From: Candidatus Omnitrophota bacterium
GTDB lineage: Bacteria > Omnitrophota > Gorgyraeia > Duberdicusellales > 4484-171
Direction of reading: 5' to 3'
Assembly (NCBI GenBank): GCA_037146775.1
Contig: JBAWWL010000003.1
Coordinates: forward strand, 133,956 to 197,955
DNA length: 64,000 bases
The notes under the pieces are model-generated. The model was not told where the DNA came from. It saw nothing but the letters and a program-made list of their open reading frames with translations, and ran no database searches. Below are positions 8,448 through 17,810 of this stretch, piece after piece. Made by a program: the position numbers and the translations under genes. Numbering within the stretch: position 1 is the stretch's first letter; each line of letters starts with the position of its first letter.

Positions 8448-9191
8448 ATGGAAAACTTAGTCACAAGTCCGCTTGAGACACGTCTAAAGGCTTGGCATGG
8501 AGAAGATTGGCACACTTCCAAAGGCAGAATTATCCGCGACATCGTTTATGCTATAGATACTGGCCTGGTGACCACAGTTTCATTTATTGCCGGCATGTCA
8601 GCTTCTTTAACAGTGCGTAGCAACCTTCTATTGGCCGGTATGGTTCAAATTGCTGCCGGGACGCTTGCAATATTTTTTGGTTCATACATTTCAACCAAAG
8701 CTCAAAAGCATTTTTTTGAGAATCAGATTGAACGGGAAAGAAAGGAGATAGAAGAGGACCCCCGCAAAGAAACGGAAGAAATAAGAGCTATCTTTGCGGA
8801 TATGGGTTTTAACGAAGCCGAACGTGAAATCGCCGTCCGGCGCATCACTGCCGACAAAAACCTTTGGCTTAAATTCATGGCTCAAGAAGAGATAGGCGTC
8901 AGTCCTTCTTTCATTGATAACCCCCTGGAAATAGGATTTATTTCCGCTGTTTCTTTCTTGGTGGGATCCGTTCCGGCGATTACCCCTTTCTTTTTGTTCC
9001 GTGTGCCCGCCCAGGCATTACCTGCTTCAATTATTTCAGTATTTACCTTTCTTTTTATTTTAGGTATCGCGAAAACAAAAATTACTAAAGTGAACTGGTT
9101 TATCAGTGGTATGGAAACATTACTTATCGGCGCGTTATCCTGCGGTTCGGGATTCTTTTTAGGACATTTTGCTGCCCGCTATTTTCATTGA
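8448..9191 (+). CDS. VIT1/CCC1-family iron/manganese transporter
   Basis: It has the VIT-family motif 'DGLVTTVSFIAGMS', five TM segments, and a central acidic helix. Confidence 0.8.
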   Translation: MENLVTSPLETRLKAWHGEDWHTSKGRIIRDIVYAIDTGLVTTVSFIAGMSASLTVRSNLLLAGMVQIAAGTLAIFFGSYISTKAQKHFFENQIERERKEIEEDPRKETEEIRAIFADMGFNEAEREIAVRRITADKNLWLKFMAQEEIGVSPSFIDNPLEIGFISAVSFLVGSVPAITPFFLFRVPAQALPASIISVFTFLFILGIAKTKITKVNWFISGMETLLIGALSCGSGFFLGHFAARYFH

Positions 9192-9427
9192 TGCGCGAGA
9201 AAAAAATAACACAAGTAATCATGATATGGTTTTTACCCCTGATTGTTTTCGGCGGGCTCTTCTTGCCGCTGGTGGGATGCCTTGTTCTTTTTATGATGAT
9301 TTTCCCTTACACTTTCTTATTTTTGCTGGATGGTCAAAGAAGCCAAAAACCACTATTGATGATGTTTCAGGAGCAAAAAAAGCTTAATTATTCAACATTT
9401 TTTATCTGGGAAACAAGGGTATATTAA
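9188..9427 (+). CDS. Small hypothetical membrane protein (doubtful)
   Basis: The ORF overlaps the VIT stop. It is hydrophobic and has no recognisable family. Confidence 0.3.
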   Translation: MMREKKITQVIMIWFLPLIVFGGLFLPLVGCLVLFMMIFPYTFLFLLDGQRSQKPLLMMFQEQKKLNYSTFFIWETRVY

Positions 9428-9432
9428 AATGG

Positions 9433-9461
9433 TTGACAGATAAAACATGAAATGATAGAAT
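9433..9461 (+). promoter_or_regulatory. Sigma70-like promoter (TTGACA-17-TAGAAT) for the DUF4912-GH57 gene set
   Basis: 'ttgacagataaaacatgaaatgatagaat' lies about 25 nt upstream of the 9487 start. Confidence 0.4.
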
Positions 9462-9486
9462 CCCTACACCTCTAGAAGGGGTATAT

Positions 9487-10500
9487 ATGAAGAAAAACTC
9501 CTCCAAAACCTCTAAAAAAACGCCTGTAAAAAAAGAAAAAAAATCTTTACTTAAGCGTGTTGTGTCACGCATTTCCCGACGCAGTAAAAAAGCACCTATC
9601 CAAGAAGAAATCGTTTCTCCAAAACCCACCTATTCCTTAGAAGCAGAAAAAGAAGCGGTAGAGATTGAAAAAGTTAATTTTACCGCAGTCCAAGAGACTA
9701 AACCCGAATCGGCGTATAACTTGCCGCTGCGTTATGGCGATAACCGTATAGTGCTCCTGGCGCGTGACCCGTGGTGGTTGCACACGTATTGGGATGTTGC
9801 CGAGCAGAGGATTAACGAAGTTATTTCTTCAATACCGGTTTATGAGCGGGAAAATTTAAAGTGGATAATTCGCGTGTATGACGTAACAGGCATTAAGAAC
9901 TTTGAAGGTAATAATGCGAACGCTTTTTTTGATATCGATATCCGTTTTGAAGCAAATAACTGGTATGTTAACGTTAACCAGCCGGAACGTGACTGGTGTG
10001 TGGAAATAGGCTTAATCAATCCTTTCGGTAAGTTCTTTCCCGTTGCCCGTTCCAACATTATCAAGACGCCTTATTTCGGTATTTCGTCCGTTATCGATGA
10101 AGAGTGGGCTTTACCGGATGAAGATTATTATAAAGTGTTGGGAGTTTATGATTTGGGAAAGAGCTCTTTGGAGAGAAAGAAAAAGTTTGAAGAAATCATC
10201 AAGCATCAGATCTCATCACCGTTGGCTTCCTGGGGTATGAGCAGCTTGTTCAGCGAGCGGCCTCGCGTTGCGGATAAATTTTTCTTAGAAGTATGGACAG
10301 AGCTTATTCTTTACGGCCGGACCGAACCGGACGCTGACGTTACGGTAGAAGGCAAAAAAGTCCATCTAAAATCAGACGGTACGTTTTCGCTGCGTTACGC
10401 TCTTCCGGTGGGAGATTATACGTATCAAGTGGTCGGTGTTTCAAAGAACAAGAAACACAAGATTACCAAAACTCCCGCAGTAAAACGGTTCGATAAATAA
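9487..10500 (+). CDS. DUF4912 domain protein (Lys-rich N-terminus)
   Basis: It has the signature 'RIVLLARDPWWLHTYWDV'. This family is often found beside GH57 genes. Confidence 0.7.
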   Translation: MKKNSSKTSKKTPVKKEKKSLLKRVVSRISRRSKKAPIQEEIVSPKPTYSLEAEKEAVEIEKVNFTAVQETKPESAYNLPLRYGDNRIVLLARDPWWLHTYWDVAEQRINEVISSIPVYERENLKWIIRVYDVTGIKNFEGNNANAFFDIDIRFEANNWYVNVNQPERDWCVEIGLINPFGKFFPVARSNIIKTPYFGISSVIDEEWALPDEDYYKVLGVYDLGKSSLERKKKFEEIIKHQISSPLASWGMSSLFSERPRVADKFFLEVWTELILYGRTEPDADVTVEGKKVHLKSDGTFSLRYALPVGDYTYQVVGVSKNKKHKITKTPAVKRFDK

Positions 10501-10545
10501 ACCAGAAAACAGAAAACAGGGGACAGATAACAGAAAATCTGTCTT
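10501..10545. repeat. Heptad repeat element (RACAGAA)n ending in a 7-bp hairpin gacagat/atctgtc (site A)
   Basis: 'accagaa aacagaa aacaggg gacagat aacagaa aatctgt'. It has a 7-nt period. Confidence 0.5.
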
Positions 10546-10580
10546 TGCGTTATCCGCTGTATTCTGAATAAACAAAACTT

Positions 10581-12164
10581 ATGGAAAAAGGATATCTATC
10601 GTTTGTTTTACACGCACACCTGCCTTTTGTCCGTCACCCCGAATATAAAGAATTCTTAGAAGAACGCTGGCTGTTTGAAGCCATTACCGAAACCTACATC
10701 CCGCTGTTAGAGATGTTTGAGGGTTTGGTAAAAGACGGCGTTGAATTTTACATAACCATGAATCTGTCGCCGTCTTTATGTAATATGCTGGCGGACGAAC
10801 TTCTGTGCAACCGCTATATCGGCCATCTCAATAAGATGGTTGAACTGTGTGAAAAAGAAGTTGAGCGCAACAGATTCAATCCTGATTTTTATAAGGTTGC
10901 GCTTATGTATTATCATCGTTTTCATCGCACCAGAGACAAATTTCTTCATGTGTATAACAGGAATTTGATCAAAGAATTTAAAAAATATCAGGACAAAGGG
11001 TTTTTAGAGATTATTACCTGCGGAGCGACTCATGGATTTTTACCGCTCTTAGGGATACAAAAAGAAGCAGCAAAAGCACAGATCAGGGTAGGAGCGAATT
11101 CTTACCGTAAGTTTTTTGGATGCGATCCTAAAGGCATATGGCTGCCTGAGTGCGCTTATTACGAAGATCTGGATAAATTTTTGAAAGAAGAAGGTATACG
11201 TTATTTTCTTGTGGAGTCTCACGGTATTCTTTTTTCCAGGCCTCGGCCTAAATTCGGCGTGTACTCTTCATATTATACAAAAAACCGAGTGGCGGTATTT
11301 GGAAGGGACCACGAATCGTCAAAAAGCGTATGGTCTTCTGTTGAAGGTTACCCCGGCGATTATAACTATCGCGAATACTACCGCGATATTGGCTTTGATT
11401 TAGATTATGATTATATACGTCCGTACATATCTGACTGCGGCACGAGAATCTTTACCGGAATAAAATACTATCGTATTACCGGCGAAACCCCGCATAAAGA
11501 GCCGTATGTTCCAGAGTGGGCTCTTGACAAGGCTGTCTTCCACGCGAGCAATTTTATGTTTAACCGCGAAAAACAAATAGAATATCTCAGCTCTATCTTT
11601 GACCGAAAACCGATTATTGTCGCGCCATATGACGCGGAATTGTTCGGCCACTGGTGGTTTGAAGGAGTGCAGTGGTTAGGCCTTCTTATCCGCAAAATTC
11701 GTTATGACCAAAAAACCTTTCAGTTGACCACACCTTCACGCTATCTTTCGCAGTATCCGAAAAACCAAGTTATCACTCCTGCGGCGTCGAGCTGGGGCTG
11801 GAAAGGCTATTATGAAGTATGGTTGAACGGTTCTAATGACTGGATATATCCCCATCTGCATAGAGCGCAGGAAAAAATGGTGGAAGCGGTGAAACAATAC
11901 CGCTCGGCAGGGCCGATGAAGGAACGAATCTTAAATCAAATGGCGCGCGAACTGCTTCTGGCGCAGTCCAGCGATTGGGCGTTTATGATGAAGACAGGTG
12001 CTTTCTCGGAGTATGCATGCAAAAAAACCGTGACTCATCTGGAACGTTTTTATCTCCTCAAGTCCTATCTGGACAGAAGTTTCGTCAATAACGAAATGAT
12101 CGAAGATATCGAAAGTAAAGATAATATCTTTCCTGAGATTAACTATTCCGTTTTCCAACCTTAA
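10581..12164 (+). CDS. GH57-family 1,4-alpha-glucan branching enzyme
   Basis: Its N-terminus 'LSFVLHAHLPFVRHPE' is typical of GH57 branching enzymes. It is 527 aa. Confidence 0.8.
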   Translation: MEKGYLSFVLHAHLPFVRHPEYKEFLEERWLFEAITETYIPLLEMFEGLVKDGVEFYITMNLSPSLCNMLADELLCNRYIGHLNKMVELCEKEVERNRFNPDFYKVALMYYHRFHRTRDKFLHVYNRNLIKEFKKYQDKGFLEIITCGATHGFLPLLGIQKEAAKAQIRVGANSYRKFFGCDPKGIWLPECAYYEDLDKFLKEEGIRYFLVESHGILFSRPRPKFGVYSSYYTKNRVAVFGRDHESSKSVWSSVEGYPGDYNYREYYRDIGFDLDYDYIRPYISDCGTRIFTGIKYYRITGETPHKEPYVPEWALDKAVFHASNFMFNREKQIEYLSSIFDRKPIIVAPYDAELFGHWWFEGVQWLGLLIRKIRYDQKTFQLTTPSRYLSQYPKNQVITPAASSWGWKGYYEVWLNGSNDWIYPHLHRAQEKMVEAVKQYRSAGPMKERILNQMARELLLAQSSDWAFMMKTGAFSEYACKKTVTHLERFYLLKSYLDRSFVNNEMIEDIESKDNIFPEINYSVFQP

Positions 12165-12175
12165 GTACGTGACCC

Positions 12176-13759
12176 ATGAATAGTTCGCCTACCAAAGTAA
12201 TATTTTTATGGCACATGCATCAGCCGTGCTATAAGATTCCTGGCACAAACCATTATTCACTTCCCTGGGTACGGCTTCACGCGATAAAAGATTATTATGG
12301 CATGGCAAGAATCATCGCCAACTTTACCAAGGTGAAAGTTGCCTTTAATTTCAGCGGTGTTCTTCTGGAACAACTCCTCGATTATGTAAATGGTTCGAGT
12401 GATTCTTATCTGGATGTAACCGCCAAACAACCAGCACATCTCAGCCGCGAAGAGAGGGCATTTATTATCGATCGCTTTTTCTCCATAAATTTTGACCGAT
12501 TTGTTAAACCGCACCGCAGATATTTGCAGTTATATAATAAGAAGTTATCGCTTAAGAGTAAATTCAGCACACAGGATATATTGGATCTGCAAGTGCTCTT
12601 TAACCTCTTTTGGTTTCATACCTATACGTTACAGGAAGATAAAAATTTAAAGAAGCTTGTTCTTAAGGAAAAAAACTATAACGAAGCCGATAAAGCATAT
12701 ATTATTCAAAAGCAGTATAAAATCATGCAAGAGGTAATCCCTCTTTATAAACGGCTCGTTCATCATGGCCGGATTGAATTGACGCTTACGCCATATTATC
12801 ATCCTATCATGCCGTTGCTTTACGACAGCGATGTCGTCAAGGAATTTTCGTATTTGAAAAAGCCTACCTTACGTTTTTCTTCCCCCGATGACTGCCGCTG
12901 GCATCTGCGGCAGGCAAAAGAATTGTTCAAAAAAACATTCGATTATGAACCGTGCGGCAGCTGGCCGTCGGAAGGCAGTGTTTCTGAAGACGTTGTTTCT
13001 CTCTACGGCCAGGAGGGTTTTAAATGGATCGGGACAGATGAAGCCATTTTGTTTAAGAGCCTTACGACGGGATATGTTTCTTACGACATGATTAAAAATC
13101 AGCGGCACATTATCTATCGTCCCTATACGTTTAAAGACGTTAATATATTTTTCCGAGACAGAAATTTTTCCGATATGCTTAGTTTTGTATACCAGGGCTG
13201 GGATGATGCAACCTTTGCTTCGAACGATCTCATCGAGCATTTTAAGCGCACTCACAGCTACGCAAAGGATATTTTTAAGGAGCGCGCCATCACTATCATC
13301 ATGGACGGAGAGAACGCCTGGGAGTATTACAAGAATAATGGTGTTGATTTCTTGGAGAGGCTTTACAGCGCGCTTGAAAAAAGCGATGTATTGACCACCT
13401 CAACGCCTTCGGAATTCTTAAAACACAGCAGCAAGCGAACGCTTGAGCGGCTTTCCAGCGGTTCCTGGATTAACGGAGACTTTGGCGTGTGGGTGGGGTC
13501 AAAAAAGAACAATATATACTGGAATATTTTACGAAACATCAGGGACATGGTGGAGAAAAGTAAAGTTTCCGATATGGCACTTACTAAAATAAAAAATTAT
13601 TTTTATCTTATCGAGGGTAGTGACTGGTTCTGGTGGAATACTTTTGAAGATACAGTCGGAGAGTTTAAGAAAATTTTCTGTGCGTATATCGAGGAATTAT
13701 ACCGTCTCCTGGGTAAAACGTTGCCCGCGAGCATTAAGTCGATCAAGAACGCAAAGTAA
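12176..13759 (+). CDS. GH57-family glycoside hydrolase (alpha-amylase/amylopullulanase-like)
   Basis: It has the 'LWHMHQPCY' GH57 region-1 motif. It is 527 aa. Confidence 0.75.
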   Translation: MNSSPTKVIFLWHMHQPCYKIPGTNHYSLPWVRLHAIKDYYGMARIIANFTKVKVAFNFSGVLLEQLLDYVNGSSDSYLDVTAKQPAHLSREERAFIIDRFFSINFDRFVKPHRRYLQLYNKKLSLKSKFSTQDILDLQVLFNLFWFHTYTLQEDKNLKKLVLKEKNYNEADKAYIIQKQYKIMQEVIPLYKRLVHHGRIELTLTPYYHPIMPLLYDSDVVKEFSYLKKPTLRFSSPDDCRWHLRQAKELFKKTFDYEPCGSWPSEGSVSEDVVSLYGQEGFKWIGTDEAILFKSLTTGYVSYDMIKNQRHIIYRPYTFKDVNIFFRDRNFSDMLSFVYQGWDDATFASNDLIEHFKRTHSYAKDIFKERAITIIMDGENAWEYYKNNGVDFLERLYSALEKSDVLTTSTPSEFLKHSSKRTLERLSSGSWINGDFGVWVGSKKNNIYWNILRNIRDMVEKSKVSDMALTKIKNYFYLIEGSDWFWWNTFEDTVGEFKKIFCAYIEELYRLLGKTLPASIKSIKNAK

Positions 13760-13777
13760 AATCTCTGGGTGAATATT

Positions 13778-15820
13778 ATGGGAAAAATCTATTTGTTATT
13801 CGGTGCCCACAACCATCAGCCGGTAGGTAATTTCCCGCATATTTTCCGGCAGGCATACGAGAATTGCTACTCGCCTTTCTTATCCACCTTGAACGCGTTT
13901 CCAAAAATACGTTTTAGCCTTCATAATTCCGGACCGCTTTATGACTGGATTCAGGGTAATGCAAAAGAGTATCTCGGTATGCTGAAGCAAATGGTTAAGC
14001 GCGGCCAAGTAGAAATTGTCAGCGGAGGCTACTATGAGCCGATTTTACCGATTATATCGGATGACGATAAATGCGGGCAGATACGCCTCATGAACGGCTT
14101 TATTGAAAAGGTATTTGGTACAAAACCGCAGGGCAGCTGGACCGCGGAACGCGTGTGGGAGCCGTACCTGGCAAGGATCCTGAATCGATGTGACATACGC
14201 TATACTTTTTTAGACGATACGCATTTTCGCTTTTCCGGCTTAAAGGAAAAAGAGTTTTTTGGATACTATACTACCGAAGACGAAGGCCGTCCGGTTCATA
14301 TCTTTCCTATCAGCAAAACCTTGCGCTATAAAATTCCTTTCTCAAAAGCTAACGAAGCTATCGATCTTATCAATAGTTTCGGCTGCGAGGAGGACATCCT
14401 GATAAGTGTTTTTGACGACGGAGAAAAGTTCGGCCTCTGGCCCAATACCTATGACTGGGTATATAACCAGGGCTGGCTGCGCCAGTTCTTGTCGCTTCTG
14501 GAAGGCTCTAAAACGATCCAAACCATTACCCCGCAAGAGGCGATAAAGAAATTTTCTTCTTCAGGCATCGTATATCTTCCTACTGCTTCTTATGAAGAGA
14601 TGGGAGAGTGGGTGCTTGAACCCAAAAGATTTTTTGCGTATGAAGAGCTGAATAATTTCCTGAAAGCTCAAAATCGGCTTGATGAAGCTAAAGATTTTAT
14701 CCGTGCAGGCTTCTTTAGGAATTTTTACCGTAAATATAGCCGGCTTAATTATATGCACAAACGTATGCTTGCAACAAGCAAGGCAATCAATGCCCGCGCT
14801 TGTCCCCAGAAAGACAAAGAAATATTTACTTCGCTTTATAAAGCCCAGACCAATTGCGGCTATTGGCACGGCGTATTCGGTGGCTTTTATCTTGGCCATA
14901 TCAGGTCGGCGGTGTACGAGAATCTTATCCATGCGCAAAATCTCTTTGATAAAAAATATAGCAAAGAAGCCGTAACACTCGAAGAAGAGGATATCGATCT
15001 AGACGGCAATAAAGAGTATACGGTGCGTAACAATCATATGATATGTTGTTTTTCACCAAAAGGCGGGTCGCTCCTTGAAATGAGCCTGCGTAATTCCGGC
15101 TTTAATCTTTTGAATACCATTACGCGCCAGGAAGAATCCTATCATCAGAAGATACGGCAAAATGTCAATCAAACCGCTGAAGTTGCTACCATCCATAATA
15201 TCGTGCAACAGAAGGATAAGGATTTGGATAAATTTCTCGTCTATGACGCGTACGAACGCCTTGGCCTTATTGATCACCTGTTGGACAAGAAGCTGACGAG
15301 CGCGGCATTTAATTCAGGCGAGGGCGTGGTGAGTTTGAGCGGCGAGCAATACTCTATGGCTGCTAAAGGAGACAAGAAAAAGGCGGTTTTGGAGTGCCGT
15401 TTTAGCGATAAAAACCTTGATTTTACTAAGCAAATTGAATGCGGACAAGATTGCGGTTTTGATGTCCTTTATACGTTTCGCAAAAAAAATATCTTGAACG
15501 ATTATAATTTTGGTATAGAATTTAATATATCCTTGCCGTCGCCAAACGATATATACAAGAAAGACAAGGCTAAGGAAATATCGTTGAACGAGCCGCGGCA
15601 ATGGCAGGAACAGGGCTCTTTGACTATTGTTGATCATTTTAAAAAGATAGCGATAGAATTTTGTGTCGATACCTGTGATATCATGACCATGCCGTTATAT
15701 TCGGTATCTTCTTCGGAATCCGGATTCGAGAAAGTGTATCAACAGCTTGTCGTACTTTTTATTGCGAAACATAAGAAAGATACCTTCCGGCTGGCTTTAC
15801 GTATACACGCAAAGAAGTAA
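13778..15820 (+). CDS. GH57-family 4-alpha-glucanotransferase-like enzyme with C-terminal extension
   Basis: It has 'LLFGAHNHQPVGNF' (GH57 region 1) plus a long C-terminal domain. An alternative GTG start lies at 13769. Confidence 0.75.
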   Translation: MGKIYLLFGAHNHQPVGNFPHIFRQAYENCYSPFLSTLNAFPKIRFSLHNSGPLYDWIQGNAKEYLGMLKQMVKRGQVEIVSGGYYEPILPIISDDDKCGQIRLMNGFIEKVFGTKPQGSWTAERVWEPYLARILNRCDIRYTFLDDTHFRFSGLKEKEFFGYYTTEDEGRPVHIFPISKTLRYKIPFSKANEAIDLINSFGCEEDILISVFDDGEKFGLWPNTYDWVYNQGWLRQFLSLLEGSKTIQTITPQEAIKKFSSSGIVYLPTASYEEMGEWVLEPKRFFAYEELNNFLKAQNRLDEAKDFIRAGFFRNFYRKYSRLNYMHKRMLATSKAINARACPQKDKEIFTSLYKAQTNCGYWHGVFGGFYLGHIRSAVYENLIHAQNLFDKKYSKEAVTLEEEDIDLDGNKEYTVRNNHMICCFSPKGGSLLEMSLRNSGFNLLNTITRQEESYHQKIRQNVNQTAEVATIHNIVQQKDKDLDKFLVYDAYERLGLIDHLLDKKLTSAAFNSGEGVVSLSGEQYSMAAKGDKKKAVLECRFSDKNLDFTKQIECGQDCGFDVLYTFRKKNILNDYNFGIEFNISLPSPNDIYKKDKAKEISLNEPRQWQEQGSLTIVDHFKKIAIEFCVDTCDIMTMPLYSVSSSESGFEKVYQQLVVLFIAKHKKDTFRLALRIHAKK

Positions 15821-15863
15821 TGCGTCTGGGTGGGCGCATTTTTACATAAAAAAGGAGGCTACA

Positions 15864-16061
15864 ATGGCATTCCCAACAAGAGGTTTTTCCAAGAGTCCCG
15901 CGAGCAAAAACAATACGTGCAAAATTGACGAAGGAAAACTGAATCAGATGATCAAAGAGCGCGCGTATTACATTTGGGAAAGTAAAGGCAAACCCCAAGG
16001 CCAGGATAGAGCTATTTGGTTCCAGGCAGAAAAAGAAGTTCTTGCTAAAGTAAAGAAATAA
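15864..16061 (+). CDS. DUF2934-like small protein
   Basis: It has 'ERAYYIWESKGKPQGQDRAIWFQAEKE' and a strong RBS 'aaaaggagg'. Confidence 0.55.
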   Translation: MAFPTRGFSKSPASKNNTCKIDEGKLNQMIKERAYYIWESKGKPQGQDRAIWFQAEKEVLAKVKK

Positions 16062-16175
16062 ACATAGTTTATAGCGGCTACAGGTTTTATGAGCTGGATT
16101 GTGGTGTTAGCGCAAAACGTTGCTTGTATTTTTCTGTAGTCGTTCTGTATCCCGGACCTTTCTAAAAGGAGGTGA

Positions 16176-16574
16176 GTGATGAAGGCAGTAAAAGGCGAAG
16201 AGATTATACTCACCATGGAAAACAAAGTTGGCGCATTAGAGGTAATAGCCAAGTTAGTCACCGATGCCGGCATTAATTTAAGGGGTATAAGCGCGTACGT
16301 TATCGATAATAAGGCTATGTTCAGGATTATTGCCTCGGATAATGCTAAAGCGAAAGACATCCTCAAGAAGGCAGGAACGATACAGACAAAAGAAGTAATT
16401 ATTGTAGATGTACCTGATGAAATAGGCCAGTTGCAAGTCCTCGCTACAAAGCTTAAGGATGCAGGTATAGATCTTACTCATATCTATGGCACTACCTCGA
16501 AACCGCACCAGTCAGCGATTATTGTATTTGCTTCAAACAATAATAATAAAGCGTTGGAAGTCATTGCTTCTTAG
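16176..16574 (+). CDS. Tandem ACT-domain protein
   Basis: It has two repeats of the form 'ILTMENKVGALEVIAKLVTDAGINL' and 'IIVDVPDEIGQLQVLATKLKDAGIDL'. Confidence 0.65.
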   Translation: MMKAVKGEEIILTMENKVGALEVIAKLVTDAGINLRGISAYVIDNKAMFRIIASDNAKAKDILKKAGTIQTKEVIIVDVPDEIGQLQVLATKLKDAGIDLTHIYGTTSKPHQSAIIVFASNNNNKALEVIAS

Positions 16575-16580
16575 CTTTTA

Positions 16581-17795
16581 ATGCGCATCCAATTTCCCTC
16601 TTCGTTTCTATGGGGGGCAGCCCTTTCTAGTTATCAGACCGAAGGGAATATTTTCAATACCGATTGGTCGCTTTGGGAACAAGAAAAAAAACTGGAACAA
16701 GCTGGCCGAGCCTGTGATCATTATCATTTATTTAAAGAGGACTTCAATTTAGCCAGCCAGCTACACCTCAATTGTCTGCGAATCTCGTTGGAGTGGGCGC
16801 GTATCTGTCCCGGTCCAGGCGTGTATCAGGAAGAGGAACTCGCGCATTACCGAGAGGTGATCGATACATTAAAGGCCTTGGGTCTTAAACCTATCATTAC
16901 TCTGCATCATTTTACCAACCCCCTTTGGTTTAGCCAGCGCGGCGGCTGGGAAAATTCAGAAAATGTTGATTTTTTCCTCGCCTATTTGAAAAAAACCGCT
17001 GGTTGTTTTAAGAAGGATATAACGTATTGGTTGATCCTTAATGAACCGCTCGTGTATATCTATAACAGTTTTGTCGCCGGGATTTGGCCGCCGGGAATAC
17101 GTTCTCTTAAAACAGCCAAAAAAGTTCTTAACAATCTCCTTTCTGCGTATATAACGGGCTACCAGGAAATAAAACATATATACAGACAAGAAGGTTTAAC
17201 TGCGCAGGTTTCTTTTGTAAAGCACATGAGAATATTTTCGCCCTGCCCCAGTTTCAGTTTCGGTCTAAATAATCTTTCAGCTTGCGTCCGGCATTACCTG
17301 TTTAATACGCAATTTCTTGATAAGGTAATTCGCGGCCGCTACCTTGATTTTATTGCCATTAACTATTATTGTAAGGAGTATGTCGCGTTTAAGGGTTTAG
17401 CCGGAGTAGAGTGCACACACAATTCTCATTCTGAAAAGAAAAATGCGCTTGGCTGGTATACTTACGCTTGTGGGCTATATAAGATACTGGTTGCCATGAA
17501 ACGTTTCAAGCTTCCCATTATTATTATGGAGAATGGGACTGCCGAAGTTTCCGATATATCATATCGCCAATTCTTACTATCCCACTTAGAAGCTTTAGGG
17601 AGGGCGTTACAGGAAGGAGTTGATGTACGGGGGTACCTTTGGTGGTCGCTCATCGATAATTTTGAATGGGATAAAGGTTTCGGCCCCCGTTTTGGCTTGA
17701 TTTCGGTCGATTATAAAAACTTAGCACGTAACGTCAAGCCATTCGCTCACACGTATGCCGGTATCTGTAAAGAGAATGCAATAGACGTTTTGTAA
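16581..17795 (+). CDS. GH1-family beta-glucosidase
   Basis: It has 'FLWGAALSSYQTEG', the catalytic acid/base 'LNEP', and the nucleophile 'IMENG'. Confidence 0.85.
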   Translation: MRIQFPSSFLWGAALSSYQTEGNIFNTDWSLWEQEKKLEQAGRACDHYHLFKEDFNLASQLHLNCLRISLEWARICPGPGVYQEEELAHYREVIDTLKALGLKPIITLHHFTNPLWFSQRGGWENSENVDFFLAYLKKTAGCFKKDITYWLILNEPLVYIYNSFVAGIWPPGIRSLKTAKKVLNNLLSAYITGYQEIKHIYRQEGLTAQVSFVKHMRIFSPCPSFSFGLNNLSACVRHYLFNTQFLDKVIRGRYLDFIAINYYCKEYVAFKGLAGVECTHNSHSEKKNALGWYTYACGLYKILVAMKRFKLPIIIMENGTAEVSDISYRQFLLSHLEALGRALQEGVDVRGYLWWSLIDNFEWDKGFGPRFGLISVDYKNLARNVKPFAHTYAGICKENAIDVL

Positions 17796-17810
17796 CCATT
17801 GTGTAATACC

